Source: Orbicella franksi (taxonomy: Eukaryota). Taken from it: a stretch of DNA of 64,000 nucleotides. The position numbers and the translations under genes are program-made. Under the pieces are notes generated by a model, which saw only the letters and a list, made by a program, of their open reading frames with translations, did not search any database and was not told where the DNA came from. This document shows positions 1-12,500 of the stretch, piece after piece (the stretch's first letter is position 1; every line of letters starts with the position of its first letter). Where the stretch lies: NCBI GenBank assembly GCA_964199315.1, contig OZ116699.1, positions 16,988,001-17,052,000 on the forward strand. The letters are read 5' to 3'.

Positions 1-73
1 GATCCAACCTAGAGTCTGAGCAAATGAATCTGCAGTTCAACAGTTGAATAGAATGAAAATTATCTGTACTTAC

Positions 74-3000
74 TACTTGTATCCTTTCTCATGCCTCCTG
101 TGTTACTAGTCGCCCAGTTCACCTTGATATTCTGGGCAGGACATGCAAGAGAAGAAGAAAGAAACAATGAACATTATGCATTATTAATAACTAATTGATC
201 TTCTTATTATAGCAAGTTTCTGCCAGCTGCTGGTGTTCACTCCATTAGGCAGGTGGTCTGGAGTGAAGTTAGCACAAGAGTTCTAAAAGAATCTCTGACC
301 ACAACATACAGTATTGCTTTGATATGACAGCGTGTTTGACTTTGAATTAATTTCTGACACACAAAATTCCACACTATTACTAAGTTAAATGATGATCACT
401 GCAGATTTGGAAATCAATTTCAGAGACCAAAACATGGTTGATTTCTCTGCTTCTGCAACTGTTTCCATTAGGAGGAAATGCAGTATTTATAAATTCCACT
501 CCTTAGACATGACAGATCTGCCATTTGGAGGAAATCCATTGGACAAGAACAAAATAATTTTATTCAGACCTGTCAGGTTTTAAACCACTAGATATAAACA
601 TGTCTAAGAAATTATAGCCCCATGGGTCTTCCCAATTGCATCCTTTGGGATCTACAAACAAACTCTCTGTTCAACTTTCACCTGCCTGTATCCATGCAAA
701 CAACATACCGGTACAACTGCAAGCTTCCCCCCCCCAAAAAACCCAAACAGTTAGTGAAGAAGATACAAAACAGGAAACTGAACAAAGCTCTTCCAGTCAT
801 GTTTGAATTGAAAATAAACTGCCTTTCAATATCCTGGGGTGTAAATAAGTTCACTATTTTGAAATACTTTCCATTGATTACTTGCAAAATGACAATCCCT
901 GGTTGAATCTACATATACATCTGGGAGGAGTTTCACCAATTGGCAAACTAGTTTATTTTTAAACCATGTTATCTTTGATCAAAATGGTCATCTTATAAAT
1001 CTAAAAGTAGCTGATATTTTTTGTCCAACAATTTATATGCATGGTTTGCCTCTTAGTTTAGAATCTTACTGGAAAACTACCAGGTAAAGCCAGCAGGTGA
1101 AGTGAAACCCCTCTGAGTGACCAAATCCACCAAGCAAACAACAACTAAAGCCCTACACATTTCTCACCCAACAATATAGCCAGGATGGTGAAGATAAAGA
1201 TTCAGATTCCACCAAAGTATTGCCAACCCAGTACTGATGAATTCGCTAATGACCCCAGTGACAAGCAACTATGAAAACCCAATACTCCCCTTAGTTATGG
1301 TTTTGGTTGGTAACTCCAGGAGGGTTTCAACTACTTGTGGCTATTTTTCAAACTGGGGAAAAAGATTCATATCTCCTTGACGGCAAAACAGTAAGTACTG
1401 TGTATAACTGCTACAGGCATGCCTAGCACATCGGTACAGCAAAAATAATAAAAATTACAATAAAAAACAAGAGAAGGATAAATTTTGGGAAATCTCCTTA
1501 ACAAAGCTACCACCTTTGGTTAAAAAGGCACACTTGATAACTGCCAAAAAATACCAGCAGATGAAGCAAGACCCCCCTCTGAGGCCAATCTGGTTAGCAG
1601 ACTACAGTGTAATCCCTAAAAATTTCATACCGCAGTTAAATAACACTACGTGCGCAATTCAGCAACACAGAATTGCAATCGACTAGAGCAAGAGTTAACA
1701 AATCAGCCAACACTATCATTGTAGATGTCCTTTCCAACAATCTCCTCTTTCAGGTAAACAGTACCAGCTAGATTTACCCCCTTAGATTGAGAGGATGGGT
1801 GGTCTGCCACTTGGGTGAAATTTAACTGTGTATGGACCTTACAAAAACTAAGTACTTCTTCAACTGAGAAAAGTAGTTTTGAGTGTAAACTAACTCTGCA
1901 AAGGAACAATATATCAAAAAGACAATTGAAAATAATATAATGCAACTAGATTTGGAAATCTTGTTTATAAAGCTGCAGCTTCCAATGCTAAGTCAGATTA
2001 AATTAAGTGTCACACCAATAATTCCAAAGCTAAAGTACTTTAAACAAAATTTGTAATTTACTATCAACCAAGAGCCAGGATCTACTACCACACAGAATGC
2101 AGCATCGATAAAAATGAATTTTGACAGCTAGCTGTCACTGTATTATCTTAATGTCATTAACAACTGTCAAAGCTTAAAATTTCACCCTCCTTTTCATTTC
2201 ATCCATAATGGATTTAATGCTTTGTTTTGACTACTAATTTACGTAGGAAACCAAACACAACAGCATGTAACGTATGACACACAATCTGCGGTTTCTTGTA
2301 CAACAAAGAAGTTCAAGGCCAATGATGGTACCTGTCAATGCCCTATTAACAGAAATATAGAATTTGAAAGAAAACAGTATATAAACTAAACAATGCCAGA
2401 AATAGCAGCTATCAGTTTGTTCTACTTTTATGATGACCCTGATAATCACACATAAAATGGTGATTTTTGACAAAACCGCTTGGATTGCAAAATTTTCACT
2501 GATCAGTCAAAGTGTGAAATGTGAAATTAACCTGTCAGTGAACCACTACCAATAACATTGTTATCTGTCAGAAACAATTAGTGTATCTCGATGCCCATCA
2601 GCTTTGTCAGTTGTAGAATTTTACTTTTAAGTTGAGTTCATAATTAAACCATCAAACATATCAATACATGCAGCTTTACATTTCTGCCAACTGAAGAAAA
2701 ATTTTTTCACTGACAGGCATAAAAAGCTTCAAGAAGGACTACTAACAACTTTAGCTTGTCACACAAAATTCCTTGAAGTGAACTAAATAAGGGTTTTGAA
2801 AGGTCCTTTAAAAGTTGTGCACCTCACAGAATTTGAGTCAATCTCACAGGTCTCATCATCTCACATTCTTTTTGATACCACCCCAATGTCTCAGTTAATT
2901 ATTGCCAACACTCTTTTTATAGCACTTGCTGAAAGTCAGATTTCATTAGAGGCAAGGTACATGTACTGTACATACCATTAGTTAAGAAAAACCCAGGAGC

Positions 3001-6000
3001 ATTGATTGGTGGTTGCCTTACCCAGTTCTCAGCCCTACGTTTAAGAATCTTAAGGTGGCTTACTACAGTTTTTCAGAGACTAGTAGCGTGCACTATGATT
3101 GCTTGCCAGACGTCAGTATTAATCATGCCTGCACAAATGACTCAAGCAACCCTAAGAAGAAACAAAAACCACTTCAGCACTTGAAAGGCGTTAAATCACT
3201 TTGGTATGCATATCAATAGTTTGAAACTCTGTTCAAACATGTGTTTAAGCCTAGGGCCAAAAAAATTGACAAAACAACTCAATAAACAACCCGTAAAAGA
3301 GTTCTAAATTACTCTTGCTTTCTCGCACACAAGACATGGCGTCACATGAGCACATGCTTAAATAAAGGGCATGTGCAATTCAATTTTCTTCCAAGGTTGT
3401 AAAAGCCAGTCTTTGATCGAGGATTACTCGAAAACCTACCGTACAACCCATGATGAAATTTTCACAATTGATTTATAGGGGTGAATCACGTTTAGATCCA
3501 AAATGTTTAAAAAATGCGTAAGACAGATTTTGAGGTATTTTTGATTTCACGTTTTCTTAGTTTGTGAAAAATCTGTCTTACAGATTTTTATTTTAGTTTG
3601 CATGAATTTTAAATCAGAACCAATTTCTTATTCCTGAAATTCTGAGGTGGGGTCATACCAGTAGATTTTGAGAAAAATCGTGGTTTAACCTACTAGTGCC
3701 CAGTCTCTCCTTAGGTACTTGGTCGTTCATTTTGGCCATTTGTTTATGTTTAATTGTTCAAGTTTCACATAGAATGGTAAAAGACTTCAGTAAACAGTAA
3801 ATAGAGAAAGGAAAAACATCTTGGAACATTATTTTAAAAGAGTTAGAAGTTGGGCTGTTATAATCCATCAAAACTGTAGTAGGCCACCTTAAGTATATGT
3901 CTTTCAATGATTGTTCTGAGGTGATGGTGCATGACAATAGCATTTTCATTCATAAATATCGAATGTCTACTTGACTATGCAATGTGATTATAAAGATGAA
4001 TCAGATTGCTATCATTTTGGCTTCAGACTAGAGCTTGAATGATGATTCCACTACATATTAACCAAATCATGCATGTGATCAGGAGAGTGGAGGCCATTCG
4101 GTTTGTAGTATATGAGAGATAGTTTGCCTGAAAAAAGAAATTATTTTACTAGTAAAATGACATCAAAACCTTGGGATTATAATTGATTGCAGTATTAACA
4201 ATACTGAATTTCACGACGTGCCTCGCTTTAATTTGAATGAGGCCATTCACTCCGTTTGCAACAAAGCCAACAAGAAATGAAATAAATCACTTCTAAAAAC
4301 ATCCCTATCTGAAATTTGACACAATGACAAGTTTGAAAATTCTCTGGTTGAACACAAGCATTGAGCTTATTGGCAAGACAAGAAATATTGATCACAAAAA
4401 TTGCTGCATTTCAAAGCAACGAATGCCACAAACACAAAACCTACAAGCTATAAATAGATTCAACATCCATCAAGAAAAGCAGATTTGAAGTAGAACTAAT
4501 AAACACACATAGATATAGCAATTTCTCTTGGACAATTGGACCATTGACAATTCTGTCAGAGGGGGAAAGGTGAAATGAGGTTAAGGTTCATTTTAAATAG
4601 TAAATGGTTTAAAAAAGTTCACTTTCCTGTTTACAATACAACTTTTCGCAAGTTGAACTACGTGCATTTACAAGTGTATAATTTGGTGAATATCACTCTT
4701 TACCATGTTGGAGTTAATTCAACATCACAAATAATTTTCAGATCTCTTTTCATGAGTGTATAACCCCAGGAGACAGCTGAAATCCAGGCTATTCTCAGAA
4801 CAGACTGGTAGTATATTTTGATGCCTTGAATGTGGATGGAAATAGGTGAATTGTATTACCCACCAGGCTAAAATTATCATACTGGGTCCATGTTTGATAC
4901 CCAATTAGACCATGTTCGTGCTTTAATTGCATATGCAACCAATGTGACTGTATCCTTTTGGTTGATAACCATTTTAGCAAGCAAATTCTTCTAAGGCACT
5001 GACTTCATTACAAGCTTATGGAAAGCTTACCTTGTCATAAACATGCCTATTATTCATTGCAAAAAGTGCATACTCCGCATCTTCTTTGTTTTCAAATTCC
5101 ACAAAGCAGTAAGGATCAGTTGAGGAACTCTAAAAGGAGAGACATGAGAGCTGGTTAAATGTAAACAGATGAAGTTGAGTTGAACTTAACATACAGAACA
5201 TCATCTGTTGTTACAACAAAAACAGATATTATTTCAACCACAGTACAGATATGATTCAGAAAGTTTCATTACTTGCTACCCTCACTAAGCATTGACAGAG
5301 ACAGTGAGGATAGCAAACAAAAAGTTTGCTTGGTAAAAGAGAATTTCTTTTCAAATAACAGCTGTTTCTCACTCATTCCTGATCTCTGTTGCTATGTTTA
5401 TAACAGAATTGGTTGATACCCTTAGCAGTGTATCTATCAAGTTGTACAGGTAAGGTAAGTTTGAGTGTTCCTTTGGGCCAAGTGGCCTATCAGATGGGAT
5501 GCTAGCCCATCATAGGGCTACTCCCCCCCACACAGCATTCAATTTGCCAGTATCAAGTTGGGGGATGTACTTAAGAAGTTTGGAGAGTATTCAAGAAGCT
5601 AGAATTGTTCTCGGCTACATATATGCCTTGATCAGCTCTTATGCTTCTCTAGTACCTCTCCAAACTCCCAAGCGCAAACACAACTTGATAGATATTTCCT
5701 TGTGTTATCCATCAGTAACTTAATAGATACCCACTAGGCGTGTAACAATTCTTAAACAGTCAATGCTTGTGGGTTTAACTAGTTTCTAACTAGTTTGGAA
5801 CTACAAGTGGTAGTAAAGAACTTTTCTCAAATTATCCAGTTTTGTTGAGATGAAAGGTGAACCTTAAGTTTGTTATATCCTGCACCTCAAACACTATGAT
5901 TCAGCAAAAACACTTCACATAACACAGGGCTCGACTTTCAGGATGCCAGTGAAAAAAATTTGGTCACATTATCGACCCCAGCGGCCCCCAGCAGTGTAAA

Positions 6001-7314
6001 ATGGTCTTAAATTACCTGGGGCAATAACACTATCAACCTTGGACTGGCTCATAATCGGATCTTGTCTTGTGACTGTGGCAAATTTTGAACTAAAACTTTT
6101 TACTTGGGCTGGTTATTAAGTATTTATCATCCTTACTGAAACATGATCTGGCAATTGGCAGCAACACATGATTTTCCATGAAAGTTTTCAAGAAATGATA
6201 ATTTGTTTAAACTACTGTAACTGTGTTGACCGGATGACACTTTTTATTTTCTATGAACCATGATCAGATCAGATTTAACGAACAAGGCCATGTTTTGGAC
6301 CCCCTGAATCCACCACAACATTCTTTACCATGTCTTTAGCCGAAAGCCTGTTCAGAACAGGAAATACATGGAGATAGAGATTGAAATTGATGCTTCCCTT
6401 ACTTTCTCAACAGGTCATCTAATAGGTTTGATTTCTTACAATTTGTTCAAGTATTTCCAGAAAACCAACGCAGAATTGGTTGGTAAAATCGTAAAAACTA
6501 CGATCGAACTTTCGTGCACGAAAATTACCGGTTGACAGAATAAATTAACACCGGAAGTTCAGAGGAAGGAGAGTAACAAAGCCAAGAATTCTTCGAATAA
6601 AAATTACGTTGTTTCATCAAAAGATAGATTTCATTTCCAATAATATAACTGTTGTTATCTAATTATGTTGAAAGCCAGTTAATCGAGTTTTCCTTGACGC
6701 CAATTGAGTCTACACGTTTAGACTGGAGGGCAGAAAACTTACAACTTCGACGACGAAGTGCACTTGAAAATATAAAACTACCAACGAATCAATTTAGTTT
6801 ACAACAAAGAAATACACATCTACAAATGAGAAACATATAAGATGAAAGATAATGTAAAAAAAAACTACAGGCACCCGTATACACAAATAAGACATAAACT
6901 TAATTTATAAATGAAATGTAATCTTACATCGTGTGCAGTGGAGTATTTGAACCGGCCGGCACTTTACAAGTCAAACAACATTGAATACCCATGTACATGC
7001 AAAAAATAATTACCTACCGCGTTAATCATTTTGCATCGCACAACCTTTCCACACTTGGAGAAAATAGCCTCGACAAACTGTTCGGTGCAACGACGATCTA
7101 AGTTCCCAACATAACTAAAGAGAAATGGCGAAAAAAAATGTGAACGACAGCATGCAACTTCCTGAATAACAAAGCCAAAGATCTCTCATAGTTTCGCAAT
7201 TCTTTTACTTACAGGCTTTTTTTCTTGTCTTCTGTGTCATCCTTGAAACATAAATTTTATTCGTTAGCGAGAATAATGAAGGAAAATCGCATTAAGTTTC
7301 TTTTTACTCACCAT
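74..7314 (-). CDS. TIAL1: TIA-1/TIAR family RNA-binding protein (nucleolysin), 5' part; continues beyond the left window edge
   Basis: Coding exons 7312-7314 (ATG only), 7213-7241, 7018-7114, 5031-5129 and 74-131, all with GT-AG boundaries and consistent phases. They splice to MDDTEDKKKSLYVGNLDRRCTEQFVEAIFSKCGKVVRCKMINASSSTDPYCFVEFENKEDAEYALFAMNNRHVYDKNIKVNWATSNTGGMRKDTS. This matches RRM1 of TIA1/TIAL1 (LYVGNL...DPYCFVEF...KVNWAT...KDTS). TIA1 and TIAL1 cannot be told apart; this is probably the co-orthologue. Confidence 0.92.
5448..5560 (-). mobile_element. Degenerate SINE 3' fragment in a TIA1-like intron
   Basis: Shares ccaagtggcc and gggatgctagcccatc with the 19563-19700 and 44092-44398 copies. 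Confidence 0.5.
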
Positions 7315-7339
7315 TGTGGCTTTATCACAAGATGGAATA

Positions 7340-7520
7340 TTACGGAGAAAATCAAGAGAAGCCAAGAGCTGCGCACGCAACAAATGTGTTGACGTCACAA
7401 ACAGTGCCTCTTGGAACTATGGGAAATTTCTGGTCGAGAGCGCGCGGTTTGATCTGATCGATCTGATCCTGATTGACAGGGGATGCCCCCATTGAGCGTG
7501 ATTCTGGAAAAATACATTGA
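7340..7520 (-). promoter_or_regulatory. Probable promoter/5'UTR region of the TIA1-like gene
   Basis: CpG-rich patch directly upstream of the ATG exon, with a CRE-like TGACGTCA at about 7391-7398. The TSS is not determinable. Confidence 0.4.
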
Positions 7521-9536
7521 GAGAGGCGAATCGAGGTGAGACTGTTTTTTTTCTTTTTCCCATTGCTACCCCCTCCCTCTTTCTCTGTTCACTTGCAGGC
7601 CTCTTTCTGTAAAATCTCCGACTTTTTCACACACCATTCAAAAATAGAGTCAACCTTGCCAGCTGAAAGCCAAAATCTTTTTGATCGCGATATCTCGTGT
7701 GTTGACAAAAGAGTTTGCGACCTCTGGGTAAGGAAGTAAATTAAGGTACCACACAATCTTGCTGTTTTTGCCTCCCTCTTCGATCTTCCCCGTAACCCAA
7801 TGAACCCGGGTCTCCTATCCAATCTCGGACCCAAACACGACTTTTTCTCTTTATTTTGTAACGCACTTTGTTTTTCTTGGCTACATGATTTCGGTGACGC
7901 AAATGTAATCTTCAGAACTTTCTGGCTGCGTCGAAATCGTTGCCAAAATGAATCATCATGTGACCACGTCAAGTAAAATTACCACGACTACCATAGTTAC
8001 CCGAAAACGCGCCTCCTCCAAATAAGCGCCACATACGTGGGCAGTGATTTTGGGTTTTGTCGTGATCGAAACTTGCCCTCTTCACAACAGCTAGACTAAC
8101 CGAGGGATAAGTGCCAATTTATTTTCCGTTTTACGAGCTATCAATTAGGCATCTACAAGATAGTAATGCTACGGCACATTCTGTTAATAGTGATGAATTC
8201 GAGAATTCGTACCCCCTTCTATATATTCTTCTTAAATCCTGATTATGTTGCTACTGGCTCGCTCCGCTCGCTCCGCAGCAATAACTATTAACTTTGTTCA
8301 CTTGTTCAGACATTTCAGGCGCAAGGGGCTGATGCTTTAGTGTTACATTGTAATTATACTCGCGAATTTTACGTACGTTGCGATTTTGTTAAACTGACGT
8401 TTCGAGTGTTAGGCCTTCATCAAAGCTTGCGAGTAATGACTTCGAACAGGTTTAATAATTCAGGTGGCATTAAAATGACCCTTTTGACAACTTGCTCGCA
8501 ATTGCAAGTAAACTTGCGATTCGCTCGGCCGTTCAACGCAAGTGTAAGTTTATACGGCATATTTCCAAGCTTGTGTCTACGTGCGAGTCCGTATGTAATT
8601 GTAACAGGACTGTAAGAAAAAGTTTACGGGTTTTCATTACCATCAAATATAGCTGAGTCACTCAGTTTATTATTACTTCATTTACACATTTCTCTATTAC
8701 TGACTTTCAGCCTCTTTTATAGTCTTCAGGTTTAAATCTAATATAAACCCCTAAAATAAGATATAGACTGCAATAAATAAAATGGGTACATTGATTCAAC
8801 GACCTCGCTTCCTTTTTATAAGAGAAATAACAATATGTACCTGACAAAATATAAATACCACGTACAAGAAAATCGCCACCAAGGTATATTAATCTAAACG
8901 CAAAAATTCTGCCCCGCATTTGTATTTTAACTACTGTGATTTGTTGATCTACGGTCAAGTTTGTTTGAGAAACGTTGACTACTTAAAACTTTCTGCTCAC
9001 ATCATTGGTTGCTAAGTAACTGAACGAATATTTTCAGCGCTATGCGGTCGAGACAAGTTTCAGACCGATCACGCATTGTTTTGACAGGATAATAAAACTC
9101 GGAAACTCCACGGGTCCTCCACCAAGATTTGCCATTCACGGCGACTGTTTTCCGATTGAATTGAAACAACCTGCATTTTAAACAACAAAGAGTGGCTGAT
9201 GTATTAACTAAGTCCAGTGTAAGTCGCTCGACCTGCGAGATTCGCACTGTTCATTCCTCGTCTCCACTGCACAAGTCCTTGACCTGCCTCTAAGGTCGGA
9301 GCTTCGAATAAAGAAGGAATACCTCCCTCATACCATTTGATCATTTGAAATTGTTCACCCAGGCGTACACTTGAGCACCAAAGATTTTATCCAACAGAGC
9401 AACCATGAGAGTTTGTCCATAATTACTGTACAGTACTTCAAAGATAATTTTACTTTTTGTGAAGCATCGGAAAAGTCCTTGATTGCGATGAACGTTCCAC
9501 AGATTCGTTTGTCGATCCGTGAAAGAGAATTTTCCT

Positions 9537-12500
9537 CTATGGCTCAAATTCTGTCATGTTTTTGGCGATTGTCGACAGTTGAATGTTCGTGGTTCCCTCG
9601 TAAATGGCACCTGCAAAGGAAAAGAACCCCATGTGAAGTGTCTGCTGTAAAAAAAGCAAATAAACGGTCCAAAATAAATCATTCTGTCTGTTCAACTCAG
9701 CGGTTGGTTGACGAAACTATGACACGTAAGCTCGCTTCAACCAATCAGAGTAAAAGTGTTGTTTTGTCGGCCAATCAGATCAAAACCACCACGTGGCTTT
9801 TCCCGCGCATGCTACATGCTTGGAAGTCTGATTGGTTTATGATTTAGTTTGTGCCTGAAGTGATTGGCTTTGTAGAGTGATGCAAGAAGATTGTAACGAG
9901 AATGCGCTCAAAATGTCACAGAAAAAGAACACACCGCACTGACCTATTTTGCAATCTCGATAGAATTTCTCCACTGGATACTGTTTGGAAAAACCGACTC
10001 CTCCCATCAGCTCGATACACTTTGAAGTCGTCAGGGCAGCTACCTGATAACACACAAAGCAACAACAAAGATCATTATTTGTTTCAGTCTTTGACGACTC
10101 TTTGACATCTCCGAAACATTCATTGAGCCAGCGACATACAACTGATGACGTCTGTTGTTGATACGATCCTGTAAACGCTCGAGAGTATCGCTCAATCACC
10201 AGCTGGTAGAGAATCTAAAACTCTTCACGTGCGCCAAAGAGAATCTTTTAAACATGGCGCCTGGAAGCTACAGCAGAATGTCACGTGAGGAAAAGACACA
10301 TACCTAAATATCATAAAACGAACTTCCAGTAAATGGAAGGAATATCGTATCAGTACAATCTATCGATACCTTCCTTAAGTACAAAGTTTCAGTACGGAAG
10401 TTTGCCTAAGTGAAAGACCTAAAAGGAACATCTGCCCCTAGTTAGCAGATATACTAATTGCTCGATCTATTCATGAACATAGTAGATTAAACAAATCAAG
10501 AAGTCTTTTATCGTTCTTCTTGTCATTCTGGATTTTTAACTATAACTAGACCAATGAGAATGTAAGATTCCATGAAAGAAATCAATCTTCCACATAAAAA
10601 CTAAGATTCTTTGATGAAAGTTAGATGTATTTTGCGAGGAAAATCAAAAGCTATAGACATGTTTATTTATCCAGTAACGCGAAAACTGTCGCAAATCGAT
10701 CACTTTGATTTTCTTGATGTCCACTGACGATTATCTGTCACTCTACCTCTGGCATCTTGTAACGATCGCTGGCTGTCAGATCGGGGGCTAAAACGAGCAG
10801 GCCATTTTGGAGCTACCTTGTGCCTCTGTTTCAAAACGAGTAGTCGTCCAAAACTTTTCAAATGAAAATGAGTTTCACTGACCTGCATGAGAAAAAACGT
10901 GTCGGCGGAACACATTTTCATATGAATGGTTTCGCACGGAGACTCGTGCTGAAGCAGAGACAAAAAGCAATTTGGAAAAGGCCTGTTATTTTTCCCGTTC
11001 CATGCCACACCCCAACGAGTTCATTTGTCTAGCCAACCATCTATCCGTTCACAGCGCGATAAGGGTCGATAAGTTAAAGCTTCTCAGACTCTAACCTCCC
11101 CGCCCATGTTCCTCTGAATTATCTTCTTTATTGCCCTTAGCAGTCACTCACGAATATGACAAACAATCCTAAGAAACACCCTCATGACCCTTGAATCCAC
11201 AGCTGAAATTGAATGGAAACTATTGCCGCGATGTTTCAGACTTAATTTCATCCCTTCTCGCGCACCATTCATTACCGATTTTCCGAGACGCAACCCCAAA
11301 TCACAAACTCAAGGACGTTCCTTTAGTTCTAGACAGCTGCATTATAATAAGAGGAGACCTTTCTCGTTATAAGTTACGAGAGCAAACTTGCCTCGCCCGC
11401 GAAGTACTTTGCCATAGCAGCTTCTCGTAGGAAGGAGAGCCCAGCCTCTTTTCTCCGTGCAGCATTGTACACCAACAGTCTAGCAGCTTCAATCTGTGTG
11501 AACACGTGCGCGACCTGATGATGGACAGCCTGCGGAAACAAGAACAAGAACAACAATTCAACACATTCCACTCTAGCACGATGTCTATCTAGAGCCATAC
11601 ATACGTACAAATAGCACCCTGAAATAACTGGTTAGGTTGTTTACACACAATTACAGTCGCATTTGATTTAAACTCGACACAAGTTTTTTACGAACTATTT
11701 GACAGACCCCTCCTAACTCTTTCCTAGTCAGAGGATGGCAAGCCAATGCTTACCTGCCAACAACCCTATCAAGAGCTTTGATAATAACTTTGAAATTTAA
11801 GAATTTTATTTGATCAAAATAGCAAGAAGGCAAAATAATCTATTGTGGCGAGGAAATGAAAATATCGTCAAGTATTGAAAAAGGAACTTGACGCATGTTC
11901 CTTTGAAAGTTTGCGAAACTCTTAAACAAATTGCTTTCCATATTAGAATTCTCAGAAGGTTTGTATTCCACATAGGAACACCTTTATTGTAAGTCTGCAA
12001 TATAAGTTGCATAAAAGTACTCTTTTAAAAGATTGTGTGACAAGTCAAAGGACTTCTTCACACGAGGCTCGTCAGAAAATAACTCTCTACATCATCATGA
12101 CGTGCTTCAGAGTGGCGTGACAACCCAGAGCAAGACGGCTGCAGTCCACAGCTAAGGATGGCGAACGATTTTAGTCATGAGGTATGGTTGGTATACATAA
12201 CATGTGACTTCTGGCTATTCTTACCTGAAAATCCCAGATCTTCTGACCAAACTGCTTCCTTTCATGCAAATAAGGAACTGTGGCATTTAAACAGCCCTCA
12301 GCAAGTCCAAGCATCTATAAAGCACAGAAGAGTATGACAGCAGAAGTTTTACTAATCACAACACTACACAAGTTACTTTGACACTACTCTGACAAAAATA
12401 AAAATGGAAACAAAACCATGTGGTCCACAAGTGCTTAACTATAGAAAAGCACTCCAATAAGGCAACTGGCTCTAATGTCACCACTCTCTGGAGCTGGTCC

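Noticed and set aside
143-5030. Possible poison or cassette exons in the 4.9-kb TIA1-like intron (e.g. near 2281-2330 and 3021-3063)
   Set aside because: Splice signals are weak or unpaired and there is no RRM2 homology. The flanking exons already join in frame.
7589-7972. 127-aa minus-strand ORF upstream of the TIA1-like gene
   Set aside because: It starts at a non-ATG codon, lies in promoter-type CpG-rich DNA and shows no domain similarity.
9371-9847. 158-aa plus-strand ORF
   Set aside because: It is antisense to the last ACADSB exon and 3'UTR, has a TTG start and no recognisable features.
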